64,000 nucleotides of DNA from Octopus vulgaris (taxonomy: Eukaryota), in the NCBI GenBank assembly GCA_951406725.2, contig OX597831.1, positions 35,340,001 to 35,404,000 on the forward strand, read 5' to 3'. Position numbers and translations under genes: made by a program. Below, one piece after another: positions 38,341 through 50,074 of this stretch; positions within the stretch are counted from its first letter, which is position 1, and each line of letters opens with the position of its first letter. The notes under the pieces were generated by a model that was given only the letters and a program-made list of their open reading frames with translations, was not told the DNA's origin and ran no database searches.

Positions 38341-38816
38341 GCGTAGCTCTCTGTATTGCGGAAAAATTAATCCCCTGTCAATTATAATCATACCAATTTA
38401 TAATGTAGGGCAACTTTTTAATTACTTCTGGAACTAGTTTAGCAACTGATTCTATCTGAGACCGCGTATTAAAACCCGACGCAATTACATACATAGTAGG
38501 AGAAATCAATTTTGTTATCTAAACACACACAAACTTTCATTTAGTCCACGGGATGTTAATATTTTCATCATCAAAAGACAGTGACCTCATCACTAGCACT
38601 TATAAAAGTAACAAATGTTGACAGTTTTCGTTTGTTTTCAGATGGCGAAGATGGCCCTTACACGCTGTAATAACGTAATTACTTACTGACTGCTTCGGTC
38701 TTAAATCATTTTTGTGCTTTAAAATAATAATTATTTCAGAGATTTCGCCAAAGAGGATGGTTTAAAATTTGAATGTGTGCAAGGAGTTCTTCGCCCCTGC
38801 ACGCGAGCGGTCGAAC

Positions 38817-39162
38817 CGCTAGAAATGGCAGCCAAATTCGAGCTCGTCAGGGAAAAGGGGAATGACACGTTGGATAATGCACCACACACACAATAAATGG
38901 TCACAATTGGAATGCCTTCGATCAAGGACACTCAGGGACTGAATAACAACTAATATTGAGCCAGAGGCTGCTCAACCTGCTAGAGATAGCAGCCAAATTC
39001 GAGCTCGTCAGGGAAAAGGGGAATGACACGTTGGATAATGCACCACACACAATAAATGGTCACAGTTGGAATGCCTTCGATCAAGGACACTCAGGGACTG
39101 AATAACAACTAATATTATATTGAGCCAGAGGCTGCTCAACCTGCTAGAGATAGCAGTCAAAT
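38817..39162. repeat. Tandem duplication, about 160-bp unit
   Basis: GCAGCCAAATTCGAGCTCGTCAGGG...CTGCTAGAGATA occurs twice, near-identical. Confidence 0.9.
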
Positions 39163-40849
39163 CATCCTCAACTCACAACGTACGTTTTCTTAATAAATAA
39201 ATAAATAATTAAATAACCGTCTTGGGACGATATAGTTCGGGTTAGCTTAAGCTTGAAAGGAAAGGAAAAAAAGGCTCTACGCTGCTTAGATCATAGGCTT
39301 GCTTGATCTGACTTGGAGATTAAGCAACAAATGTATGAATGGAACAACAAAGGTCAGAGGGATGAAGAGAGAAAAAAAAACGAAAGCAAAATGCAAACTA
39401 GGTCTACAGATAACAGATGAAAACATTGATATCATACAACAGAATGATAAAATAGCGAGTCAAATTCTATGTTAAAGAAAAATTATAATAATAATAGGTG
39501 TGTGAACACGTGATAATAACAAGCAAAAATGAGTGGTATTATAAACACATACATATATACACGTATACACTTAATGTTTAGGGCTCCGATGAAAGATGTT
39601 ACTCAGTCACTCAACTAGAGTGGTAACAGATGTAAGATAATGAAGTTCAAAAGATAATAGTTTATTCCTTTTGCCATTTCTTTATACCACTCCCATACAT
39701 ATATAGTAGCTTCAGGATCAGAGATGAGAAAGTTTTCATTAAATAATATTTCACTCTCACAGTAATCATTAATTTTTTCCACGGTGTAATTGCAATTAAT
39801 CGTATTTATTTAAGAAAAACTATACTCTCAGCGAAACTTCGAAGTCATAGTCAAAGTATAAGAAATATCATACTCTACACTTGTATTGAGTCCTTTACTT
39901 AATGTTCGCTGTTTTTTGTGCACACAAAAATATTGCGCGTGAGTGTGTGTGTCTAGCTTAATAAGACACAAAGCCACGTGTGAGTATATATATATATATA
40001 AATATATATATGTAATATATATATACATGTAAATACACACACACACACATATATATATATATTTATTGTTTAGAGGGAAGAAAGGACAGTGGATGAAGTT
40101 GATCCCACCACTAACACGTCATTTTATTGACTCCGGAGAGATAAACAGTAAGATTCAGCTAAGGTACCATTTGAAAACAGAATGTAAATACCACAAAGCA
40201 TTTCCGATCATGGAAAGTAAGCCACGATTTCTATAAGAGAGATACGGCAGAGGCAACACGTTTTTGGAAAAGTATGTCTCATCAATATAGGCGATGAAAG
40301 CTATACGACTACTTAAATGGTATTTTTTCTTTTATCGACACAAGAAAAGGTGGTAAGAAAAATTGGTGAAGTGACCCCCTCCCCCGATTAATGATTTGAA
40401 ACTTAGAAACAGTCCTGAAAAGGCTAATTTAATCATTTGCGACATTGTGATTGCAAGCCGGTCGTGCATTTTGAGGATGCGAAAACGAAAAAACTAGAAG
40501 GAAAAAAATTTACAGTCGATTACATAAGTATTTGTATTACAGCAGGAATCAAAATCAGAAAGGAAAAGTTAAAAATGACGAGTGTGATAACAAAATAACA
40601 GAAAATACTATTAATTTACATGACAGGAATAAACAATAGTCATTGATGTTGATATAAATAAATAAATAAAATTGTACACACCATAACCGGCTTGTTTGAC
40701 ATTACTAATAATAATAAGTTTTTGCGCTAGTTTCATCGAACAACAATAAATATTTATATGATAATAATACTTTCAATATTATTATTGATCTTTCTAGTAA
40801 TTATATTTACTAATGGCTCGTTGATAAACAAAAATATTTACCATAAATA

Positions 40850-41089
40850 CATCCGTCTTTCCGGCACTTCTTCTCTGTCAATCTTCCTGTCTCTCTTTCT
40901 AAACATATGTTCGTGACAAGGTTTTTTTTTTCGGACAACGTATCAAACCGGAAGTTTTGTCGAGAATAATATCCGGTTTGCTACTTACGCTTCTTTCTTT
41001 CCTTCTTTGTTGTTCTTATTTCACAAAAGAGTTCCTATTTAGAGGTCGTTTCCCCTTTTCATTCCCTGTTGCCATAGCGACCAGTATGT
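40850..41089 (+). promoter_or_regulatory. Probable promoter with ETS site and RFX X-box
   Basis: ACCGGAAGT at 40947-40955, GTTGCCATAGCGAC at 41068-41081, local CpG enrichment, GTATGT donor at 41084. Confidence 0.55.
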
Positions 41090-42094
41090 TATTGTTGATA
41101 CTGTTTTTCTTTCTAATGTATTTTCTGTTGGAAAACATTGTCATATTTTCCACTTTCATCCGCTATTGCTGTTTTCACCGGCAATTTAGCCGAGTGAATG
41201 ATTTTGATAATAATAGCAACGACGACTACAACAATAACAACGATTATGAAGATGACGATGTAAACTTAATTTTTAACGAACTTTTCTAAGACTGGAAAAA
41301 AAAACAAACAAAAAAACAAGAGAAAGAAAAAAGAAGCAGGGAAGGAAAGAAAGGGTAAACTTATAAAATTTTATCTTAGTATGGAGATACAGACCCAGTT
41401 GACAGAAACTTCAAAAAGAGAAAGATAGAGAGGAGAAAGAGATTAATTATAGCAACTTTGTATAAATACGTAATTTCAGCTGATGGATTTTATTAAATGG
41501 TGATGGTCATTGCTTGAAAGCGAAAGACTATATAATTAACAAAAAAAAAAAACAACAAAAAGCAAAAAAAAAAAACAATTTAATTAAAAGTATAACTTTT
41601 TATCAGTACAGTATAGAGAAAAAAATCCTTCCAATTAACGGAATTTGTAATGGTGGTCACTTCTTGATTAGAAAGAAAAAAAAACTCGGCAAAACAAACG
41701 ATGAATTAAGAAAAGAGAGAGAGAGAGCGTGTGTGTGTGTATGTGTGTTATTTTTTAATTTTTATTTTTTAATTTTTTTTTCATTGAAGCAGTTCAGAGA
41801 CATTCGAAACGGTTCATCTTGATCAGAAACTTACTGAATGCGATATTTCCAGCATGGCTAAAATAAACTAAAGATCTAAGAAATAACCAAGACACACACA
41901 CACACACACAACACACACACACACACATACACACACAAATTCGGATACGTACATAAAAATTTTCATAAAGAAAGCCATTACTGTGGAATTTTTTTTGCAA
42001 TCATTTAAAAAAAAATTATATATTTATATATATTTTCGTTAAATGTCAGATTAATATCGTCCTTTGGTCAGTTCAGAACTTTATAACGTCAATA

Positions 42095-42215
42095 ATGGCA
42101 ACAGAATTGGATTGTACTGTGACGGGACAGAATGGAAGCAACTTTTTGGATACCTTCCAGTTAGTGGAATCTCTGGAAGACCGGCCACCGGTACCTAACC
42201 ACTTGCTAGACACCA
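42095..42215 (+). CDS. Candidate first coding exon of an unidentified gene
   Basis: CAG acceptors ending 42071/42076, ATAATGG start context, open frame MATELDCTVTGQNGSNFLDTFQLVESLEDRPPVPNHLLDT, GTAAGT donor at 42216 (phase 1). Product not recognised. Confidence 0.5.
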
Positions 42216-42357
42216 GTAAGTCACCAATGTCTTTCGTGTTTTGGTATCTTTCAATAACTGAACATGGGAAGTGAAAGTATCTCTTTGGCAATTTCCGTCA
42301 ATTTTTTAAAACTTTTAAAATCATTTATGTTTATATATTTTCGTGTAAGTACCTGTT

Positions 42358-42401
<44 letters not shown>

Positions 42402-42589
42402 CTCTCTTTGTACTCTTTTACTTGCTTCAGTCATTTGACTGCGGCCATGCTGGAGCACCGCCTTATTCTTTGTAAGCCTAGTACTTATTCTCGCTGTCTC
42501 TTTTGCCGAACCGCTAAGTTACGGGGACGTAAAGACATCAGCATCGGTTGTCAAGCGATGTTGGAGGGATAAACACACGCAAAAACATG

Positions 42590-42625
<36 letters not shown>

Positions 42626-43300
42626 CGACAGGCTTCTTTCAGTTTCCGTCTATCATATCCACTCAGAAGGCTTTGGTCGGCCCGAGGCTATAGTAGAAGA
42701 CACTTGCCCAAGGTGCCACGCAGTGGGACTGAACCCAGAACCATGTGGTTGGTAAGCAAGCTACTTACCACACAGCCAATTCTGCATATACCCACACACA
42801 TATGTATGCGTGTATGCTTTAATTTTTTACGTGTCTCATTCATTTGACTGCGGCCATGCTGAGGCACCGCCTTGAAGGGATTTTAGTCGCAGAAATCGAC
42901 TCTCCAGGACTTATTCTTTGTAAGTCTAGTACTTATTCTATCGATCTCTTTGGTCGGACTGATAAGTTACAGAGACACAAACACATCAATCGATGGTGGG
43001 GGAGCAAACACATACGCACATGACGCGCTTCTTTCAGTTTCCGTCTACCAGATCCACTCACAAAGGTTTGGTTGGTCTTGCGTTACAGTAAAAGACAGTT
43101 GGCCAAGGTGCCACGCAGTGGGACTGAACCCGGAATCATGTAGTTGGGAAAGAAGGGCTTTTTACCACACACCCACACCCACGCTATATGTTTATGTATT
43201 TTTTATGTATATATATGTATGTGTTCATGTGCCTGTATGTATATGTGTTTGTGTATACACATACGTATACAGTAGTTACATACACACATATACACAAGTT

Positions 43301-43703
43301 AATGTTTACAACTTGACCCGGAAACGAAAATCAGAAAAAACAAATAGTGCGATGGGTGTAAAAATAAAATGTGTAAGAAACGAATATATAAAAAGGAATG
43401 CGCGTAAAGCAACAGGAGGGTGGGGAGAGGACCTCGGAAAATTCACAAGATCCAAGTTTTTTCCCTCATACCTTTTGGGAAAATATTTTTTTTTTCAATG
43501 AAATTTGATATAAACAACTTTCAAACAGCATACATTACGATTATAAAGAAATTTGTGGGGAAAATCTTTTCCAAGGGGGTAAGGTGAGGACTTCGGAAAA
43601 TTCACAAGATCCGAGTTTTCCCCTTGTAACTGTTAGGAAAATGTTTTTTTCTTTTTCGTGAATTTTTTTCTGATTTTCGTTTTCGGGCCAAGTTGCAAAC
43701 ATT
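43301..43703. mobile_element. MITE with about 40-bp TIRs
   Basis: AATGTTTACAACTTGACCCGGAAACGAAAATCAGAAAAAA and its reverse complement at the right end; internal direct repeat TCGGAAAATTCACAAGATCC twice. Confidence 0.75.
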
Positions 43704-44604
43704 AGCCTAAACACATAATACATACACAAAAAAATACCTAAACAAACGATTCAGCTAGAAAATTTAAAGAAATAGAAAAATTTACGGAAATTGTCGGAAG
43801 AAATACTTTCACTTCTCATGTACGATTATCGATAGACTGACTGCCCATGTTTCAATTGTCGTTTGTTTTTTTTAATCATCTCCATTTTTGCTAACATTTT
43901 AATCTTGCTATGACCAGTGCCTGTGTCATTGGTCCTCATACATGGAACCCCTTATTGTTGTTCGGAAAAAAAGTGTGGCTGGTGGGGGAAGGGAACGCCC
44001 CACCACCACATCCCGGAATGATTGGAATTTGTTTTTCGTTGAATAAATTACGGGATCTCTTAATATACCACAAAACTCTTTTTGGGGTTCGGAAAACGGA
44101 GTGGGGGTGTTGTGGAACCCTCAGAAATTTCACCCACACTCCAAATTTCTGATGATTTCGGGATAGTGTGTGTGTGTGTTTGGAGGTCCGGTTTCCCTCC
44201 CTCTTTTTTTCTCGAACAAAAATAAGGGGTTTGCGGCGCATTAGGTCAGGGTACTTGATTCCACGCAAAAAATCCGAGTTTGTTTTTTTCTTAGTGAAAC
44301 TCGTGGAGGTGTACTTCCCTAAATTTACCCACGCGGAGCTTTATTTTTGTTTTGAGAGTCCATCAGCTATTTACAGCCATCCTTCTCCTTAATGTTTTGA
44401 ACCTCAAACCCGTGTAGTAGCTCAACTACCTCTTAAAGGACCTGCATGTACTACACACACACAGCACGGACGACACCTCTACGTGTCATGTTGGGCCAAT
44501 GTCATTTTCCGTAGCTTACAATGTACCTGCATTGAAACGTCCAGCCTCGTCACAACAAACTGTGTCACTTTGATTCTGATTAAACGTGAATAGAATCATA
44601 ATAA

Positions 44605-44940
44605 AGAGTAAGGACTCTCTTCGGTCACGAATGACCATGGGATTGCATCTAGAATTTTCCCTTCCGAGGCAAAAATCCGGGCAAGGTTGTTTATGGAAGA
44701 CCAGCAGTCGCCCATGCATACCAGCCTCCCCTCTCCATGCCACGATGTTATCCAAGGTTAAAGACAAAAGCCGATACAGCTTGGCACCATTGATGTTGCA
44801 ACTCATTTCTACAGCTGAAAGAATTGGAGCAACGTGAAATAAAGTGTCAAGAACACAAAACACAGCTCAGTCTGGGAATCAAACTCACTACCTTATGACT
44901 TTGAGCCTGGCGCTCTAACCACTGAGCCATGTGCATTCAC
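44605..44940 (-). mobile_element. tRNA-derived SINE family E
   Basis: Minus head ...CATGGCTCAGTGGTTAGAGCG...GTGAGTTTGATTCC; second copy about 21915-22470. Confidence 0.75.
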
Positions 44941-45158
44941 TCATATTAGTAGACCAAGAAACGAACCAAATGGTAAGAAACCTTTTTTGGTTAGAAGTAG
45001 GGACCAGTTGAAAGTCTGTAAAGAATATGTGACGATGCATCAATTTTGAAAATTATGACTTTCATTTTACAAATTCCATTCAGTTACTGTTGTGACCTTA
45101 AAAAGGTTTAAACGGTGCCTTCGTGTTGGTTTGTAGAGACTTCATCTTTATTTATTTA

Positions 45159-45551
45159 CTAGCAAGTATCGCCCGGCGTTGCTCGGGTTTGTTTCGACCC
45201 TTTAGAATTGGAATTTTTGAAAAGTAAAAATTTTGTATTATGTGGCTTGTTATTCTCTTTGAGTGAACATTTTTCTGGTTGAAATACACCGAAAAATGGC
45301 GACACAGCAGTAAAAAAATCGTAAAAAATAGGGATTTTCATAGAAAAAAAGCACCTCTTTGATGTAAATAGTTTTTGGTGTTAGCATGGTCCGATTTGAA
45401 TTTTTTCTTCTACAGAAGGAAGAGCAAGCCTTCTTCTATCATACTCTCAATTTTGGTCGACTTGTGCCGCAGGGTCTCGGAGGAGATAGTGTTAGTTGAA
45501 GGCTACCAAACCTGCCACACACACAGGCAACTTCGGCTTTATATATAGAGA
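45159..45551 (-). mobile_element. Non-autonomous Helitron, related termini, different interior
   Basis: A|TCTCTATATATAAAG start, same 3' hairpin and CTAG|T end. Confidence 0.78.
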
Positions 45552-46248
45552 TTTTTTATTGTCTATCTTGAACTATAATTTCCTATGTCTCTTTTTTGTG
45601 AACTAGGATCAAATTGAAATTGCAAAACAGCTTGCCGGACATGTTGGTAGGAAGATTAGGGCTGGTGCGATAGTGGTTGTTCTCATGTTAAAATATTCCA
45701 ATGCAGTGTTTCTCATAGGAAGGGCAAGTTCTTCCACCAACTAGATGGACTTGTGCCGACTGAAAAAGCAGGTTGACAAACTGTCGTATTAATTACCCCA
45801 CTGAAATAGTCCCTTTAAAACGATTTTTATCTTTTTAGAAATTGTCGGATCTTTTCGAAAAGATCCAAATTGTCTAATGAGGGAAATAGATAGATAGAGA
45901 GGAATGGAAAAGGTGTAGAATTACCCTATACATGGCACGTAACCCAGATTGATCCTTGTTGCTTGATGTATTTCTATAGCTCATTGAGTCCATTGTTGTA
46001 AGTACTTTCGAATTAGTGATTTTTCTTCAGACTTCCTCTAATGTTAATCTTTATTAATATTCATCGAAACGGTCTGAGGCGAGCTGGCAGAGTCGTTATT
46101 AATACACCGGACAAAATACTTGGCGGCATTTCGTTCGTCTTTACGTTCTGAGTTGAAATACCACCAAGGTCGACTTTGGTTTTCATCCTTTCGAGGTCGA
46201 TAGAATAAATTCCAGTTTGAGCACTGGAGTCGATGTAATCGACTTACC

Positions 46249-46339
46249 GGCGAAGGCAAAGAATACGCATACCCGGTGTTTAGGGTAAGGGTTAGGGTTA
46301 CGCCGAAAACGGGTGGTGTGCGTTTTCTTTACCTCCGCC
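46249..46339. mobile_element. 91-bp MITE with 9-bp TSD inserted in a SINE
   Basis: About 25-bp imperfect TIRs starting GGCG; TSD CGACTTACC/CGACATACC; central TTAGGG-like repeats. Confidence 0.7.
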
Positions 46340-47739
46340 CGACATACCCCTTTCCCTGAAATTGTGCTAAAACTTGAAATCAATATTCATGAAAGTTGTA
46401 AAACCAAAACAGAAATCTTAGTTGTAAAAGATTAAACTTTTTTGTCCTTTATCCCCTGTTCTCTACCGCTTGTAGTTTTTCGTTGTCTATGGAAAGCCTC
46501 ACTTACCAACGGCATTTAATCATACATACGTGACCCTATTCTATTCTCCAATTTTTAGCGAGGTGGAAATAGTGTTTGTGGCTAAGGCCCTGGTAATATG
46601 ATCTTCTGGTTTAATAAGAATCATGATAAAAAACGTCAAGAAATACGAAGGCAAGTTAAGGTTGACTGCCACATTTATTTCGCCGCTAATAGAAAATACG
46701 ACAACTGGTATACATGAATAATTCTTTTAGTTAAAATACATAGTAGGTTCCACGTGTTTCTTGAAGATGAAGATGTATGCAGAAAAAACACCAAACATGG
46801 CGACAAGAATTTCTCTTGACAATTCTCTGTTCACTTGTCATGGATAGCAGAATAAAACTGCTTTTATGCCGAAGATCCGTAGTCCATCGTACAACCCACC
46901 TCACTGAAGAAAATAGCGGGGAAAGGTAGACTTAAATAGCCAAGGGTAGGCTCAGACAGAGCACAATTTTCTTGCCGGGCAAGTGGTCTGCTTGAATGAC
47001 TTAAAGCATCCAGTCGGCACGAACGGGTATGGTCGTGTTGACCACTTAGTAGAAAGCAATGGTGATAAACCAAAATGTGGGTACTTAAAGGTAAAGAGCG
47101 AACATGCTTGCTACAGACTTTTTTCGGCTATATTGAACTATAACTATCCGGCATACATACACAATTTTTGCCCCTACCATATTTGTTTCCTTAGAACTTT
47201 CAGGTGGTACTTATATTCCGATAACAATGAAATTTAATGTGAAAAGAAAAAAAAATGTTTCACTTCATAGATATATATGAGATGTTTGTCTTGTCAGTAT
47301 GTATGTGTGCCCGCCCACCATTTTCATTTTTATACATTTAATTCCAGTATAATCGTAATCTACACCTTCTGTAAGGTTTTAGTTGAAAATTTTATTACCA
47401 CTACACATTTTCTGACAGTTATGAAGAAACAAAACGTTTGAAGTACATAGTTTGAGTGAGGTTTGGCTGCTTCTTCTAGCTTTTAGAGCGTCCATATTTA
47501 CAGCCTCCATCCCTTGTGTCGTCTGCTCGTTGTTCACCATGCATCTACGCATGCACAAGAAAACAAACGAATTGGTAAACTTCCGGAAGATTGGTGTTCA
47601 CCGGATGTGGATATTCCGAAAGATGGGCGTGATGGAGATTGGCGGGAAAATGTTAAAAAGGAAATGCTGGAAAATAATTTTTTACAATGTGTAATTAGAG
47701 ACGAAAATTTGAAAAAAAAAGTTAAAAACAAAAATTTGC

Positions 47740-48131
47740 GATCTTTTCGGTTTGAACGGCATTTTTTTCTGGCGGTGTCATATGAAATTGTCACCCATAA
47801 TTATGACCCTAGTATCGATCTATTGCATTCCAATCTGTTTTAGGGTTAGGGGTGGGAGGAAGGGTATCTTTTTTTCTTCACAAATGTAAATAAACCCAAT
47901 CTGTTTCTTAAACGAGGGACATTCATACGGCACAGAATGTTTTTTTTTACCTCAATAGACGTCATTGATTGGTTGAAATTGTAGAAATTGAAGAAAAAAC
48001 AACAACAAATATCTTACAAACTATAGAATTTTCTCATTAAAGCCAAGAGAAAAAGATGTTTTATAAACACATTCTACCAGTATACAAAGTTTAAAATTAT
48101 GTTAAAAACTGCCGTTCAAACCGAAAAGATC
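47740..48131. mobile_element. MITE with 22-bp TIRs
   Basis: GATCTTTTCGGTTTGAACGGCA ... TGCCGTTCAAACCGAAAAGATC; internal TTTAGGGTTAGGGG. Confidence 0.8.
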
Positions 48132-49065
48132 CCACTTGACGAAGAGAAGCAAGAAAAACTCCATATAGGTGTAGAATGTAAACATTTTACTCAAATGAAA
48201 TACAGAGCTGTGTTTCTCAACCGGGATCCGAATAGCATTTTTGTGGGGTCCACACAGTCAAAATAGTATATTGGGTCTACAACAGTATTTTAGGGGTTCA
48301 TGAATTAAATTTTCTTTTCGATGTATTTATTGCAAGAATCAGCTAGGTTTCTTTCTCTCTCTCTCTCTCTCTCTTTTTTTTTTTTACTTAATTCAACGTA
48401 CAGAAGTTAATGGGTGAAAAGTAAAATAGGAATTTTGAAAGAAGCGCCTTTAAAACTAGTTTTTAAACATAAATGATTATAGGGGTCCACTGGAATAAAA
48501 TGGTAGTCAAAGGGGTACACAAATTGAAAAAAAAAATGGTTGTGAATCACTGATGTAGAACCTCTCTACGCACTATTGCAGAAACTGGGAGAGAGAGGGA
48601 GGGAAGGAGAGAGAGAGAGGGAAAGAAAGAGAGAGAGAGAATTACTTTGAATAAATGCAGACGACATCACCATATGGTGCCGTGATGCCGGAAAACACGG
48701 AGATTGAGGTGGTCGGCATCATTTTAAAGGATTACGAAGTAGGGTCAGAGCAGTAATTAACCCTGATATGTCGGAAGGCCAGCATCCCGGCACCTAGAGA
48801 GACAACTCCTTGTCGTTGGTCATCGTTGTCGAAATCTCAGGTCAAAGTACCGGTTAAGTTACTTAGGATCTGGATCGGTCCGGACCTTAAGGAAAGCAGA
48901 AAGACTTTGTTTCTTCATAACTGTCAGAATATTGGTATTTTTAAAAATGAAATCTAAAAATACTTTTCTGATGGTGTAGATTTTGATTATATCGGAATTT
49001 GTTGTGAACAAATCTTTCTGTGGGTGGGAAGAGGAGTTTCGGAAAACTTCCAGTGTTGACTTTGT

Positions 49066-49157
49066 TTCCTCATAACTTTCAGAGAGTTATTAAATTTTCT
49101 ACTAATGCTTTTCCTCATAACTTTCAGAGAGTTATTAAATTTTCTACTAATGCTTTT
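49066..49157. repeat. 45-bp tandem duplication
   Basis: TTCCTCATAACTTTCAGAGAGTTATTAAATTTTCTACTAATGCTT twice. Confidence 0.9.
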
Positions 49158-49845
49158 CGGAGTGTGTAAATTACGATTATATCTGCATTTATTGTGAAAA
49201 GCAAAGCAGTGAGCATACATACACATATATTGACACACATCACAATTTTTTTTTAATGAAATTTCAAGTTTCATTTTGTGGCTATATAGAATAAGTCAGT
49301 ATGCTCGTGCACCAGTCCACAATATTTGTTTTGCCATATTAAATTCCGACATAATCGTATTCTACTTACTCTGAGAGGTATTTGTAAGTAATTTCATAAA
49401 AAAAATTAACCATTTTTCTGAAAGTTATATGGCAACAAAACCGACTCGTGTGAATTTTCCGAAACTCCTCATCCCAACCTTGGAGAAATTTATTTTACCA
49501 CATGTTCCGAAATGATCAGAATCTATATCATCTGAAGCGTATTTGTAGAAAATTTCACTAAAAACTAAAAAAACTATCCATTTTTCTGGAAGTTATAAGA
49601 CAACAAAGTCATGGGTGGCGAACACATGTGTAGGAACGTTTCGTCAATGTTTTGGAAAGGAAAAACCAAAGATGAGTGCCGAGAACAAATCCCCATCAAT
49701 TTTCCCCTTGTCCTTGTTCCTGCCAGATCAGAGAGGTAAAGAATGATGTATTTGTTCGCCAATCTTTCGGAGATGGCTTCCGTTCAGCTCTTTCTGAATG
49801 AAACGAAGTTATAACCAGTTTATTGAGAGAAAGAGCTGAATGGAA

Positions 49846-49897
<52 letters not shown>

Positions 49898-50006
49898 ACA
49901 ACAATTGAGGAATGGCCTTAATAGGCCATTCGTCCCACTAGAAAAAGCAGCCAGGACTCAAACCGCCAAAATTTCTATTGAATTTTTTGCTACCCTATAT
50001 TGATTA

Positions 50007-50074
<68 letters not shown>

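Noticed and set aside
41849-41871. 23-nt minus-strand AG...GTAAGT microexon candidate
   Set aside because: No partner exon identified and it lies opposite the better-supported plus-strand model; cannot be separated from chance.
43900-44400. Homopolymer-rich, GC-richer stretch with several short ORFs (similar at 27577-28020)
   Set aside because: No recognisable protein or splice structure; may be low-quality consensus or a decayed repeat.
46983-47090. KCGYLK as the start of a PH domain (TBC1D2-like)
   Set aside because: In-frame stop just upstream, no good acceptor, and no following PH exon found.
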